Assembly (NCBI RefSeq): GCF_000737315.1 | Contig: NZ_JMCB01000001.1 | Coordinates: 206,001-268,000, forward strand | Length of the DNA: 62,000 bases | Origin: Hyalangium minutum | GTDB lineage: Bacteria > Myxococcota > Myxococcia > Myxococcales > Myxococcaceae | Reading direction: 5' to 3' | Shown here: positions 29,288 through 39,153 of the stretch, one piece after another | How the letters are laid out: each line of letters starts with the position of its first letter | How positions within the stretch are numbered: position 1 is the stretch's first letter | The notes under the pieces: model-generated | The model's input: only the letters and a program-made list of their open reading frames with translations | What the model was told of the DNA's origin: nothing | Database searches by the model: none | Position numbers and translations under genes: made by a program

Positions 29288-30141
29288 CGTGCGACTCCCA
29301 GGTGAGGTTGAACACGCGCAGGCTGCCCGCCCAGGGCTTTCCGGTACACCTCTCCCTGAGTTTTCCCTCCATGTGGACTTCCTGCTGGGTACTTTCTCCA
29401 GTCCAACGTCCTAGAGGTGTTCGCACAAGGGAACTTGTAGTCGTAGCCGTCCTGGACCCGGTGGGGCTGCCCTTCATGGATGACGATGTCGGGCTCGATG
29501 GTTCCGCGAAGCTCCGCGCTGCGTCCCTGTCTCAGCAACGTCTCCACCGCCTCGCGAGGGAGGTACTCGGCCTTGCCGGTCTCCGGGTCGACTCGGTAGC
29601 GGGGCTGGATGCTGAAGCCGCCCGGCTTCAGTTCCTGGAGCTTCTTCTCGGCACACTGAAGGGCGACGGTGTGTTGCTCCACACCCAATTGCATCGCTCG
29701 CGTGATGGGCTGCCCCTGGCTATCTGTACCGACGACCTCGTTGCACTCCTCGCGTGTGGGGGAACGCCCGAAGTGCTTGAGCATCACCTCGGAGCGTGCC
29801 GCATCCGCACACTCGGCAAGGGCTTCGTCAAGGCGGGCCTGCAGCCCAGCGTTCAGGGAGTGGCCGACTTGGATGACAGCAGCGCCCACCACACTGGCGG
29901 CGAGCACAGGTACGCTTGTCGCGGGTAGAGGAGGTGGCCCCGGGGGAGGATTGGGGACCACCCGGAGTCCTGGCGTGGGTGGGCAGTTGGCCGGGTTCCT
30001 GACGCAGGTATTCGAAACGGTGTCCGGGACTTGGGCATACTGGCGGGGGACGCCGTAGCTGGCCGTGCCACAGGCCGTGAAGAAGAGGACCGCGCTGAGT
30101 GCCCTCCACACCGCCCACCCGGATGAATCTCCTCGCTTCAT
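29284..30141 (-). CDS. Lipoprotein polymorphic toxin with PD-(D/E)xK nuclease-like C-terminus (SitA-like)
   Basis: Lipobox LFFTAC, Pro-rich linker, C-terminal EPDIVIH...YDYKFPC; directly upstream of an immunity gene. Confidence 0.75.
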   Translation of the reverse strand: MKRGDSSGWAVWRALSAVLFFTACGTASYGVPRQYAQVPDTVSNTCVRNPANCPPTPGLRVVPNPPPGPPPLPATSVPVLAASVVGAAVIQVGHSLNAGLQARLDEALAECADAARSEVMLKHFGRSPTREECNEVVGTDSQGQPITRAMQLGVEQHTVALQCAEKKLQELKPGGFSIQPRYRVDPETGKAEYLPREAVETLLRQGRSAELRGTIEPDIVIHEGQPHRVQDGYDYKFPCANTSRTLDWRKYPAGSPHGGKTQGEVYRKALGGQPARVQPHLGVAR

Positions 30142-30376
30142 GGAGGGCTCCGTTCCCAAGGTTCTCGCGATTCTACCGAAGTGAGCACTGCTCCCCCGAT
30201 TCAACCAAGGGAGCAAGGATCCCCCTTCTGCGCGTCCACGTACTTGGGGCTGATGGCCACGTAGCCCACCTTCCCCGTCTTCGTCGGCGCCTCCGCCTGG
30301 AGACAATCATCAGGACGAGGCCCACCCCGTAGCCGAAGCTGATGACCCAACCCGCGTAGCAAATCCATGGCATGAA

Positions 30377-30451
30377 GAGCCAGATGCGGGAATTCTGCAC
30401 GTCCGGATCCGTGGGGAGCCCGGGGCCAGTCAGCGCCCGGGTTTACTCGAC
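30377..30451 (+). mobile_element. Group II intron 3' fragment (domains V and VI only)
   Basis: GAGCCAGATGCGGGAATTCTGCACGTCCGGATC matches D5 (AGC triad, AC bulge); then CCCGGG...CCCGGG stem and TTTACTCGAC end with branch-site A and terminal AC; no RT ORF nearby. Confidence 0.75.
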
Positions 30452-30455
30452 CAAT

Positions 30456-30488
30456 TCCAAGCTGCGGGTTCGATTCCTGCCGCCTCCA
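30456..30488 (+). repeat. tRNA/tmRNA 3'-end-like T-loop hairpin repeat, copy A
   Basis: TCCAAGCTGCGGGTTCGATTCCTGCCGCCTCCA; 30/32 identical to copy B; ends 3 nt from the acyl-CoA dehydrogenase stop. Confidence 0.8.
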
Positions 30489-30491
30489 CTT

Positions 30492-31430
30492 TTACTCATT
30501 GGTGCCGCCCTCCAGCCGCTGACGGGCCGCCTCGCGGCGCTTCGCCCGGGCCTTGCCCGCAACTCCAAGCAGGGCCTTGTCCCGCGCCCACCGCTCGCGC
30601 GTGGGTGCGTCCACCTGAGGCCACCACTCCTCCAGTGACTTCACGAGCCGCTGGCACAGGTCCAGCGCTCCCCCCAGCGCCACGTGCACCGCCGGGGACG
30701 AGGGGTCCGCCAGCGCGAGCCCTCGAATCATCACCGCCACCGCGAGCACCTCGTCCTGCACCCGCTCGGGCCAGCCCGAGCGCCGCCCCACCTGCAGCAA
30801 CCAGCCCAGCAGCGCCGCGTGCACGTGGCAGTCCTCCACCGTCCGGAACGGCTTGAGGTACCTCGTATAGCCGTCCCCGGGCAGCACCTCGTCCGGAGAC
30901 ACCTTCACATCGGTCAGCTGCAGCTCCGCGTGGGGAACCTCCGGGACGAATGGCGTCTCGGGGAGCACGTTGAGGTGCACGCCCTCGCGGTGGGCGTCGA
31001 TCATCACCACCCGGAGCCGGTTCCGCCCCTGCTCATCCAGTCCCTCAGTGGCCACGACGAACAGTGTGTCCGCCGCCGTGCCCAACGTAACGAACCCTTT
31101 CGAGCCCGAGAGCCGCAGCGGCCCGCCGCCGTCGCCTCCGATGAGCCGGGTCTGGATGGCACTGGGATGGGCGCTCCCGGCCTCGGTCGCACAGAGCGCG
31201 GCACGGTGGTCCTTGGGCATCCCCGTGAAGAGCGAGCGCAACGCCGCGTGATACCCGGAGGCGAACGCGAACCCCAGCCGGTCCGCCCGGAACCCTCCCG
31301 CCAGCGCGAGGTCCACGGGCGACTGGAACCGGGAGGCCAGCTCAAGGTGCTGCCGCCACCATTCTTCCAGGGAGCCAAGCGTGCCTGGTTGGGGAGGCGT
31401 CGTGAGGAGGAATCGGAGGATTTCGTCCAC
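30492..31430 (-). CDS. Acyl-CoA dehydrogenase family protein
   Basis: AALCATE, LSGSKGFVT, GDGYTRYLKPFRTVED; GTG start with GGGGAG RBS. Confidence 0.8.
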   Translation of the reverse strand: MDEILRFLLTTPPQPGTLGSLEEWWRQHLELASRFQSPVDLALAGGFRADRLGFAFASGYHAALRSLFTGMPKDHRAALCATEAGSAHPSAIQTRLIGGDGGGPLRLSGSKGFVTLGTAADTLFVVATEGLDEQGRNRLRVVMIDAHREGVHLNVLPETPFVPEVPHAELQLTDVKVSPDEVLPGDGYTRYLKPFRTVEDCHVHAALLGWLLQVGRRSGWPERVQDEVLAVAVMIRGLALADPSSPAVHVALGGALDLCQRLVKSLEEWWPQVDAPTRERWARDKALLGVAGKARAKRREAARQRLEGGTNE

Positions 31431-31566
31431 CTCCCCACTCTAAGTCATGGGAAATACTTCTTGTCCCCAAACCTCCCCATGGGGACTCTGTTGAGATGTA
31501 CGACGGGTTTTAACCATCGACCGGTCCGGGGGTTCTCCTTCCAGACCTGCACGCTCGCCCAGCAAG

Positions 31567-32898
31567 ATGCCCACCTCCCCCGGCAAACCTCCTCGCAGCG
31601 CCCCGACCGCTCTGATGGTGGGGCTCCTCGCCCTGACCCTCACCCCGAGTCTCAGTGCCGCCCAGGAGGAGTCGTCGTGGGTGAGCATGACACTCGAAGA
31701 GGCGATGGACCGGGCGCTCAAAGCCAGCCCCCAGATCGTCCAAGCTCAGGGCACCATCCGCAACGCCGCAGCCTCCGAGCGAAGCGCCTTCGGGGCCTAC
31801 CTGCCCAGCCTGTCCGCCAACGCCAGCAGCTCGCTGTCCAGCACCGAGCGCCTCAACCCCACCACGGGCACCCCCGTCACCGGCTCCGCCGATTCCTACA
31901 GTGCGGGCCTCTCGGCCTCGTGGGACGTGTTCACCGGGTTCCGCCGGAAAAATGAGCGCATGCGCGCCCAGGCCGAGTCCCAGTCCGCCGAGGCCCAGCT
32001 CGTGGGCCAGCGCTTCACCGTGGAGCTCTCCGTCGCGCGCTCCTTCTTCGAGGCCCTGCGCGCCGAGGAGCTCATGACCGTGGCCAAGGCCCGCATCGAG
32101 CGCGCTCGCGAGGGCGTCGAGGCCGCCGAGCGCCGCTTGGCCGTGGGCTCGGCCACGCGCTCGGATGTGCTCCGCTCCCAGCTTGAGCTCAACACCGCCC
32201 AGGAGTCCCTGCTCCAGTTGGAGAACCAGCGCCTGACGTCAGGCCTCACCCTGGGGCGGCTCGTCGGCACCGATGGCCCCGTGGACCCGGCTCCCTCCGG
32301 TCCTCTGGAGCCCACGCCGATCCAGTCCTCGCGCGAGGACATCATCTCCAGCCTCGTCGCCCAGGCGCCTTCGGTGAAGTCCGCGGAGGCCGCCGTGCTC
32401 TCGGCCGATGCAGGTATCGGCACGGCGCGCTCGCAGTACTACCCCACCGTCCGCCTCTCCGCCGGCTATGACTGGTTCAACCAGGACTTCGGCTTCGCGG
32501 GAGGCCGGACGAGCTGGTCCGTCCGGCTCGGGGTCTCCTATCCCATCTTCGACGGCTTCCAGCGCGAGGGGGGGATGATCCGCGCGACCACTGCGGCCGA
32601 AGTCAGCCAGGCCCAGCTCCTGGACACCCGCCGCGCCGTCCGCTCCGAGGCCGAGCGGGTGATGAGCCAACTCGCTCTCTCGGAGAAGCGCGTCACCATG
32701 GCCCGGCAGGCCGTGGAGGTCGCCCAGGAGGATCTGCGCGTCCAACAGGAGCGCTATCGCCTGGGTGCCACCACCATCCTCGAGCTGCTCACCTCCCAGG
32801 CCGCCCTCGTCGAGGCCCAGAACAACCTCGTGAGCCTGCGCTTCGACTACCTGCTGTCCCGCTCCGAGCTGGAGTCCGTTCTCGGGAGGAAGCTGTGA
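31567..32898 (+). CDS. TolC family outer-membrane efflux protein
   Basis: Signal peptide, repeated OEP halves ([14 protein letters not shown]), [13 protein letters not shown]. Confidence 0.9.
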   Translation: MPTSPGKPPRSAPTALMVGLLALTLTPSLSAAQEESSWVSMTLEEAMDRALKASPQIVQAQGTIRNAAASERSAFGAYLPSLSANASSSLSSTERLNPTTGTPVTGSADSYSAGLSASWDVFTGFRRKNERMRAQAESQSAEAQLVGQRFTVELSVARSFFEALRAEELMTVAKARIERAREGVEAAERRLAVGSATRSDVLRSQLELNTAQESLLQLENQRLTSGLTLGRLVGTDGPVDPAPSGPLEPTPIQSSREDIISSLVAQAPSVKSAEAAVLSADAGIGTARSQYYPTVRLSAGYDWFNQDFGFAGGRTSWSVRLGVSYPIFDGFQREGGMIRATTAAEVSQAQLLDTRRAVRSEAERVMSQLALSEKRVTMARQAVEVAQEDLRVQQERYRLGATTILELLTSQAALVEAQNNLVSLRFDYLLSRSELESVLGRKL

Positions 32899-33608
32899 AC
32901 GCCGGCGAGCGCTCGGTCCTGGACGTGGTCATCCGCGTCGAGAGCCTGACGAAGACGTACAAGATGGGCTCGGAGGAAGTGCACGCCCTGCGCGGAGTCA
33001 ACCTGGAGATCCGCCGCAACGAGTACGTCGCCGTCATGGGCCCCTCCGGCTCCGGCAAGTCCACTTTCATGAACCTCATTGGCTGCCTGGATATCCCGAG
33101 CGGCGGCCAGTACTGGCTCAACGGCCAGCCCGTGGCGGGACTGAGCGAGGAGGCGCTGGCCCGGATACGCAACCGCGAGATCGGCTTCGTCTTCCAGAGC
33201 TTCAACCTGCTGCCCCGCGCCTCCGCGCTGGACAATGTGGCGCTGCCGCTCGTCTACGCGGGCGTGAGGAAGAGCATCCGCCGCGAGCGGGCCGCCGTGC
33301 TGCTCGACAAGGTGGGCCTCGGGGCGCGCAAGGACCACCGCCCCAACGAGATGTCCGGCGGCCAGCGCCAGCGCGTGGCCATTGCCCGGGCCCTCGTCAC
33401 CCAGCCCGCACTGCTGCTGGCGGACGAGCCCACCGGAGCGCTCGACAGCAAGACCGGCGAGGAGATCATGGCGCTCTTCGGTGAACTCCATGCCCAGGGA
33501 CAGACCTTGATGCTCGTTACCCATGAATCCGACATTGCCGAGCACGCCAAGCGCGTCCTCTTTCTCAAGGACGGCGTGATCGAGCGGGATGACCGGAAGA
33601 AAGACTGA
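32895..33608 (+). CDS. ABC transporter ATP-binding protein (MacB/LolD type)
   Basis: [36 protein letters not shown]; GTGA overlap with the TolC stop. Confidence 0.95.
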   Translation: MNAGERSVLDVVIRVESLTKTYKMGSEEVHALRGVNLEIRRNEYVAVMGPSGSGKSTFMNLIGCLDIPSGGQYWLNGQPVAGLSEEALARIRNREIGFVFQSFNLLPRASALDNVALPLVYAGVRKSIRRERAAVLLDKVGLGARKDHRPNEMSGGQRQRVAIARALVTQPALLLADEPTGALDSKTGEEIMALFGELHAQGQTLMLVTHESDIAEHAKRVLFLKDGVIERDDRKKD

Positions 33609-33623
33609 ACGGGAGAGGCGCTC

Positions 33624-35117
33624 GTGAACTGGAAGAAGGTGGTCCTCATCCTCGGAGTGCTGGCCCTCGTGGGAGCGGGCGTGTACTTCGTGCGCGGCCA
33701 GGCCGCGGCGAAGACGCCTCAGCGCGAGCTGCCCACCGCCGAGGCCAAGCGCATGGACATGGAGATCGTCGCCGAGGCCTCCGGCCTGCTGGAGCCCATC
33801 CGCGTCGTGGAGGTGAAGTCGAAGGCCTCCGGTGAGGTGCTCCGCGTGCTCGTCGAGACTGGCAACGCGGTGAAGCAGGGAGACCTGCTGACGGAGATCG
33901 ATCCCCGCGACGTGCAGAACGCGCTCATCCAGGCCGAGGCGGACCTCGAGTCCGCCCAGGTCCGCATGAAGACCGTCGAGGCCCAGCGCCAGCGCATGGA
34001 GGCCCTGCGGGCCACCGGCGTCGTCACGCAGCAGGAGCTGGAGACCGCCGTGGATGCCGCCGCCACGGCCCGCGCCGCCGTCGTCCGCGCCGATACGAAC
34101 CTGCAGCTGGCCCGAGAGCGGCGCAAGGACGTGACGATCCGTGCGCCGATCGACGGCACCATCCTGGAGCGCACCATCGAGCCTGGGCAGATCATCGCCT
34201 CGGCCACCACCAACGTGTCCGGCGGCACCACGCTGTTCAAGATGGCCGACATGTCCGAGATGCAGGTCCGCACGAAGGTGGACGAGACCGACATCGGGAA
34301 GATCCGCCCCGGCCTGGAGGCGCGCGTCTCGCTGGAGGCCTACCCCAGCCGCACCTTCACCGGCGAGGTCGTCAAGATCGAGCCTCAGGCCGTGGTCGAG
34401 CAGAACGTGACGCTCTTCCCCGTGCTCATCCGCCTGAAGAACCCGGAGGGGTTGCTCAAGCCCGGGATGAACGCGGAGGTGGGTGTCCAGATCGCCAGCC
34501 GCCAGGACGTCGTCACGGTCCCCAACACGGCGGTGGTGAGCCCTCGCGAGGCAGCCACCGCGGCGTCGGCGCTCGGCCTGGACGAGGCCACGGTGCGCGC
34601 GACGCTGCGCCCATCGGGAGCTGCTCCCTCGACGGGTCCAGCCCCTGAGACGCCCGCGGCCCCGTCTCCGGAGTGCGCGGAGCTGTTCGAGCGCCTCAAG
34701 ACGGATGCGGGCCCCCCCAGCCTGTCCGACGCGGATCGCGAGAAGCTCCAGGCGTGCAGGCCCGAGGGCATGGCCGAGGGCGGTGGCCGGGGCGGACGGT
34801 TCCGCGGCGGCCAGGGCCAGCAGCGCGGAAACAACGCGGACCGGCGTCCCGGGGTGGTCTTCGTTCAGCAGCAGGACGGCAGCCCCCAGCCCCGGCGCGT
34901 CATGCTGGGCCTGAGCGACTGGGAAAACACGGAGGTCCTCAACGGCCTGGAGGCGGGCGAGAAGGTGCTCCTGGTCGCCGTGGCCCAGCTCCAGCAACAG
35001 CAGCAGCAGAGCATGGATCGGATGCGGCAGCGGGCCGGCGGCGTCATCCCCGGCGCGGGCGGCGGAGCTCGTGGCGGTGGTGGCGGTGGTGGCGGCGGTG
35101 GCGGCACCCGGAGGTAA
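33624..35117 (+). CDS. Efflux periplasmic adaptor subunit (MacA-like) with Gly-rich tail
   Basis: N-terminal TM anchor, lipoyl halves (SKASGEV, IRAPIDG), LKPGMNAEV. Confidence 0.9.
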   Translation: MNWKKVVLILGVLALVGAGVYFVRGQAAAKTPQRELPTAEAKRMDMEIVAEASGLLEPIRVVEVKSKASGEVLRVLVETGNAVKQGDLLTEIDPRDVQNALIQAEADLESAQVRMKTVEAQRQRMEALRATGVVTQQELETAVDAAATARAAVVRADTNLQLARERRKDVTIRAPIDGTILERTIEPGQIIASATTNVSGGTTLFKMADMSEMQVRTKVDETDIGKIRPGLEARVSLEAYPSRTFTGEVVKIEPQAVVEQNVTLFPVLIRLKNPEGLLKPGMNAEVGVQIASRQDVVTVPNTAVVSPREAATAASALGLDEATVRATLRPSGAAPSTGPAPETPAAPSPECAELFERLKTDAGPPSLSDADREKLQACRPEGMAEGGGRGGRFRGGQGQQRGNNADRRPGVVFVQQQDGSPQPRRVMLGLSDWENTEVLNGLEAGEKVLLVAVAQLQQQQQQSMDRMRQRAGGVIPGAGGGARGGGGGGGGGGGTRR

Positions 35118-35124
35118 CGCGGCC

Positions 35125-36336
35125 ATGATCATCTTCGAGATCCTCTGGGTGGCGCTGGACGCGATCGTCGCCAACAAGCTGCGCTCGCTGCTCACCATGC
35201 TGGGCGTCGTCATCGGCATCGCGGCGGTCATCACCATGGTGGCCCTGGGCGAGGGAGCCCAGCGCTCGGTGGAGGCCCGGCTGAAGACGCTGGGCGCCAA
35301 CGTGCTCACCGTCCGCCCCGGGCAAAGCTTCGCGGGTGGACTGGGCCGAGGCCAGGCCGCGCTCACCGCCGAGGATGCGGAGGCGCTCCGCGAGGCGCCT
35401 CAGTACATCCAGGCCGTCTCGCCCGAACTGGAGGGCCGGGTGCAGATCGAGAACGGCGCGAGCAACGCCAACATGTCCATCGTGGGCGTGTGGCCCACCT
35501 ACTTCAGCGTCAACAACTATCAGCTGTCAGACGGGCGCCTCTTCACCGAGGCGGAAGAGCGAGGCCGCCGCCGCATCGCCGTCCTGGGTGCCCTGGTGGG
35601 CTCGCAGCTCGGCGGCGTCTCGAGCGAGTCACTGGTGGGGAAGACGATCCGGATCGGCGGCGTGCCCTTCGAGGTCATCGGGGTGCTCACGGAGAAGGGC
35701 TCCCAGGGATTCTCCAATCCGGACGAGAGCCTCTACATCCCCCTGGCGACCGCGCAGTTCCGCGTCATGGGCAGTGACCGCGTGCGCTCCATCGCCGTGC
35801 AGGCCACGAGCGAGGACACCATGGATGACGCCATGGTGGAGATCGATCAGGTCCTCCGGCGCCAGCACCGGCTGCGGCCTGGGCAAGATGCGGACTTCAA
35901 CATCCGCGATCAGGCCTCGCTGCTCAGCACCGTGCAGGAGACCACGCAGACGTTCACCTTGCTGCTGGCGGGCATCGCGGCGATCTCCCTGCTGGTGGGA
36001 GGCATCGGCATCATGAACATCATGCTGGTGTCGGTGACGGAGCGCACCCGGGAGATCGGCCTGCGCAAGGCGCTGGGCGCGCGGCCCAACGACATCATGC
36101 TGCAGTTCCTCATCGAGTCGCTCGTGCTGTGCCTCGTCGGCGGCGGCCTGGGGCTGCTGCTGGGTCTGGGCGGCTCGTATGCGCTTCAGCAGCTCGCGGG
36201 GTGGCAGACGGCCGTGGCGCCCGAGTCGGTGGTGCTGGCCTTCGTGTTCTCGGGCGGCGTGGGCGTGTTCTTCGGCATCTGGCCTGCCCGGCGTGCGGCG
36301 AGCCTCACGCCGATCGAGTCTCTCCGGTACGAGTAG
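35125..36336 (+). CDS. ABC transporter permease (MacB/FtsX family)
   Basis: NKLRSLLTMLGVVIG, GGIGIMNIMLVSVTERTREIGLRKALGA, PIESLRYE. Confidence 0.95.
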   Translation: MIIFEILWVALDAIVANKLRSLLTMLGVVIGIAAVITMVALGEGAQRSVEARLKTLGANVLTVRPGQSFAGGLGRGQAALTAEDAEALREAPQYIQAVSPELEGRVQIENGASNANMSIVGVWPTYFSVNNYQLSDGRLFTEAEERGRRRIAVLGALVGSQLGGVSSESLVGKTIRIGGVPFEVIGVLTEKGSQGFSNPDESLYIPLATAQFRVMGSDRVRSIAVQATSEDTMDDAMVEIDQVLRRQHRLRPGQDADFNIRDQASLLSTVQETTQTFTLLLAGIAAISLLVGGIGIMNIMLVSVTERTREIGLRKALGARPNDIMLQFLIESLVLCLVGGGLGLLLGLGGSYALQQLAGWQTAVAPESVVLAFVFSGGVGVFFGIWPARRAASLTPIESLRYE

Positions 36337-36351
36337 CCCGCGGCCCCGCGC

Positions 36352-36990
36352 CTACGCCTGCTTGCGCGTCTTCGAGCGGGCGCCGCCCCGCGCCGTCTGC
36401 TTGCGCTGGGAGCCCTTGGCGCGGGTCTTCTTCTGCGTGCTCGCGCCCTTCTTGGCGGCCTTCTTCGCTGCCTTCCGGGCCCGCTGGGGCGGCTTGGGGG
36501 GCGCCAGGATGGTGCCCCGGCAGTCCTTCGCGCCACAGCGGCACACGTAGAGCGCCTCGGATTCCTCGTCCATGCCCTCGGCCCGCTCGTAGGCGTAGTC
36601 GTAGACGAGCTCCGTACCGGGCGAGATGTCCTTCAGGGCGTAGATGAAGATCTTGTCGCCCTCGATGAGCGCCTGGCAGTTGGGATCGCAACTGTGGTTG
36701 ATGAAGCGCGCCTCGTTGCCGTCCACCGCGGCGTCGATCACCGTGTCGTCGTCCAGGGTGAACAGGAAGGTGTGGTGGCGGCCCATGGCCTCGTCGTCGT
36801 AGCGCTTGTCCGCCTCGTCCTGAGTGATGCGCTCACCGGTGTACTCGATGATGCGCGCGCCCTTGCGGATGCGGCGCGTGGCGAAGGCGCCCCGCCCTTG
36901 GATGGGGGACTCGCGCAGCTCGAACGACAGCGGGCGACCGGTACTGGAGGGCGGGGAGGCAGAGGACTTCTTCGAGGTGGAGTCTGTCAT
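36352..36990 (-). CDS. SET domain protein-lysine methyltransferase with post-SET cysteines and Lys/Arg-rich tail
   Basis: IQGRGAFA, ARFINHSCDPNC, ELVYDY, CRCGAKDCRG. Confidence 0.9.
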   Translation of the reverse strand: MTDSTSKKSSASPPSSTGRPLSFELRESPIQGRGAFATRRIRKGARIIEYTGERITQDEADKRYDDEAMGRHHTFLFTLDDDTVIDAAVDGNEARFINHSCDPNCQALIEGDKIFIYALKDISPGTELVYDYAYERAEGMDEESEALYVCRCGAKDCRGTILAPPKPPQRARKAAKKAAKKGASTQKKTRAKGSQRKQTARGGARSKTRKQA

Positions 36991-37040
36991 CGATTGGTAT
37001 ACCTTGCCGCACTCGGACCTTCGATGAAAGGCGCTCGACG

Positions 37041-37412
37041 ATGCGGCTGTGGATTGTCCTGGGCGCGGTGAACGCGTTCCTCTCGGTGGCGGCAGGGGCT
37101 TTCGGCGCGCACGGGCTGAAGGCACGGCTCTCCGCGGATCTCCTCGCCATCTTCGAGACCGGGGCCCGCTACCACATGTACCACGCGCTGGGGCTCATCG
37201 CGGTGGGGCTCGTGGCGCAGGCGCGGCCTGTAGGGCTGCTCACCGGTGCGGGTGTGGCCATGTTGGCGGGGATCGTCCTCTTCTCCGGCAGCCTGTACGC
37301 ACTGGCGCTCACGGGCGTTCGCGCCCTGGGAGCCATTACTCCCCTGGGAGGCCTGGGCTTCCTGGCCGGCTGGGCCCTGCTGGCGCTGGCTGTCTGGCGC
37401 GCCGGGCCCTGA
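37041..37412 (+). CDS. DUF423 (YgdD/TMEM256) membrane protein
   Basis: GAFGAHGL, YHMYHAL, FSGSLY, GAITPLGG. Confidence 0.9.
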   Translation: MRLWIVLGAVNAFLSVAAGAFGAHGLKARLSADLLAIFETGARYHMYHALGLIAVGLVAQARPVGLLTGAGVAMLAGIVLFSGSLYALALTGVRALGAITPLGGLGFLAGWALLALAVWRAGP

Positions 37413-37415
37413 GCC

Positions 37416-37724
37416 TCACTTCACCTTCGGAGGCATGGGGTACATCAGATCGACCTCGGCGTGGTCGAACAGGCCTATCGCCTCGCGCTGGATGATGAGG
37501 TACCAGCGCTGGTGGTCTGCCTCCGCCCAGAGCTTCTGGTACTCCTCGACCTTCTTGGCGCGCGGGGGCCCGGCGAGCGTTCGCAGCTCGGGTTCGAGCT
37601 TCACCATCTGGCCAATCAGGATCTCCAGCTTGTCCCCGACGCGCCGGAGCGCGGAAGCCTTCTCCTGGCGAATCTGGACTTCAATCGCGAGCGGTGTGCC
37701 GATCGATGAGGATGACGAGGGCAT
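37416..37724 (-). CDS. Hypothetical helical protein
   Basis: 102 aa ORF filling the gap between two genes; QEKASALRR and YLIIQREAIG look like conserved blocks. Confidence 0.65.
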   Translation of the reverse strand: MPSSSSSIGTPLAIEVQIRQEKASALRRVGDKLEILIGQMVKLEPELRTLAGPPRAKKVEEYQKLWAEADHQRWYLIIQREAIGLFDHAEVDLMYPMPPKVK

Positions 37725-37733
37725 GGCGGAAAG

Positions 37734-39092
37734 CTAACGGCCCCCCGTGGGGCTGTCACCAGAGGGGGCCTCCGGAGCGGGGGCTGCCTCCTGAATTCCA
37801 TCGGTTGCGCTTATTGGCTGGGCCAGCCGAGGGAGCGAGGGCGAGGCGGGCCCGCCCGGCAGGAACGAGGCCACGGTGACGTCCTTCTGCCGCTTGCGGA
37901 GCTCCTTGTAATCCTCGATGGCCCGCTCCAGGCCCACATCCTTCTTCTCCCGCTCGGAGAGGAACCACTTGTGCTCCAGCACCTGGCAGTAGAGCTCGGA
38001 CAGCTCGGTCGCTCCTCGGACAGGCATGAGCTTCTGAACGGTCGGGTTGAAGCGCTCCTCCAACCAACGGAAGGCTGCGGTGCTCAGCGGGGTGCTGCGG
38101 TTGAGCTCGCGCGCCAGCGTGGCCTTGAGCTCCTGGATCTCGTTGAGCAGCAGCGTGGCCTGCTTCTCCTCGGCGACGATGCCCAGCAGGTTGTGGAGCT
38201 GGTGCCGGTGGTAGCTGCGGTCCGTGACGATGGTCCGCATGCGCAGGTGATCGCTCTCGCCGCTGGCCACCAGATCCACCTCCCCCACCGAGAACCCCAG
38301 GTCGTTCAGCGCGCGGATCCGCTCGTGGATGCGGTAGCTCTCGTTCGGCGCAATGGGGATCTCCTTGTTGATCTCCTCCCAGAGCCGCTCGTAGCGCTTG
38401 CGGATGGTGGGGCCGGTCTCGAAAACCTCCAGCGACGGGGGCAGCTCCACCACCGCCGCCAGATCCGCCAAACCGCCGGCGACGTTCTCCTCCATGATGT
38501 CCAGGTCGTGCAGGCGCTTGCCGTCCGACAGGTGCTCGTGCAGCTCGGAGGTCTCCGCGTCCACCGCGTAGGCCTGCAGCTCGCCCGCGTCCCGGCGGAA
38601 CAGCGTGTTGGAGAGGGAGCAGTCGCCCCAGTAGAAGCCGCCCAGGTGCAGGCGCACGAGCAGGCTGGCCATGGCGTCCAGCAGCCGCTCCCGGTAACGC
38701 TCCAAGCCCTGGTTCATGAAGAGCGTGCGGTACGGGAGCGAGCCCTCCAGGAAGCGGGTGATGAGCACGCTGCTCTCCTCCCCCTCTGAGAGCGTGGCGC
38801 TCGTGCGCGCCTTCACCAGTCCGACGGCCTCCACCGCCGGCAGCTCCCGCTCCTCGAGGCCTCGCAGCACCTCGTACTCGCGCTGGCCCACGCGCGGCGG
38901 CAGCTCCTTGAGGGCGTAGATGACCTTGCCGTAGCTGACGAAGAGCACCTCGTGGCGGGACAGACCACGCGGCACCTGGACCAGCCGGTTGCACTTCCCC
39001 TCCCACTCCGCGAGCGACAGGCTCCAGGGCAGGTCGAGGAAGTCCGGGTGCCCCTGGCGAATCTGGATGGCGGTGAGGCCGATGGGTGGCAT
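37734..39092 (-). CDS. DUF4032-containing kinase-like protein
   Basis: [35 protein letters not shown]-terminal [10 protein letters not shown]. Confidence 0.8.
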   Translation of the reverse strand: MPPIGLTAIQIRQGHPDFLDLPWSLSLAEWEGKCNRLVQVPRGLSRHEVLFVSYGKVIYALKELPPRVGQREYEVLRGLEERELPAVEAVGLVKARTSATLSEGEESSVLITRFLEGSLPYRTLFMNQGLERYRERLLDAMASLLVRLHLGGFYWGDCSLSNTLFRRDAGELQAYAVDAETSELHEHLSDGKRLHDLDIMEENVAGGLADLAAVVELPPSLEVFETGPTIRKRYERLWEEINKEIPIAPNESYRIHERIRALNDLGFSVGEVDLVASGESDHLRMRTIVTDRSYHRHQLHNLLGIVAEEKQATLLLNEIQELKATLARELNRSTPLSTAAFRWLEERFNPTVQKLMPVRGATELSELYCQVLEHKWFLSEREKKDVGLERAIEDYKELRKRQKDVTVASFLPGGPASPSLPRLAQPISATDGIQEAAPAPEAPSGDSPTGGR

Positions 39093-39153
39093 GGCGTCGC
39101 TTCCCGAGAACAGTGCGTGGCGCTGCACCCCAAGCATATTCTGCCCCGCGACC

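Noticed and set aside
30173-30400. 75-aa minus-strand ORF with hydrophobic stretch and poly-Arg
   Set aside because: Begins within the antisense of intron D5, has no RBS, and the poly-Arg run looks like an off-frame artefact.
30456-30488. tRNA or tmRNA gene at the TTCGATT hairpins (also 40499 and 44907)
   Set aside because: Only a T-arm and acceptor 3' strand are present; no matching 5' acceptor strand, D-arm, anticodon arm or tag-peptide region could be found. Reported as repeats instead.
32847-35366. 839-aa minus-strand ORF
   Set aside because: Shadow of the ABC ATPase and adaptor genes.
31567-36336. TolC-ABC-adaptor-permease operon as a novel system
   Set aside because: Standard MacAB-TolC-type architecture; nothing unusual beyond a Gly-rich adaptor tail.
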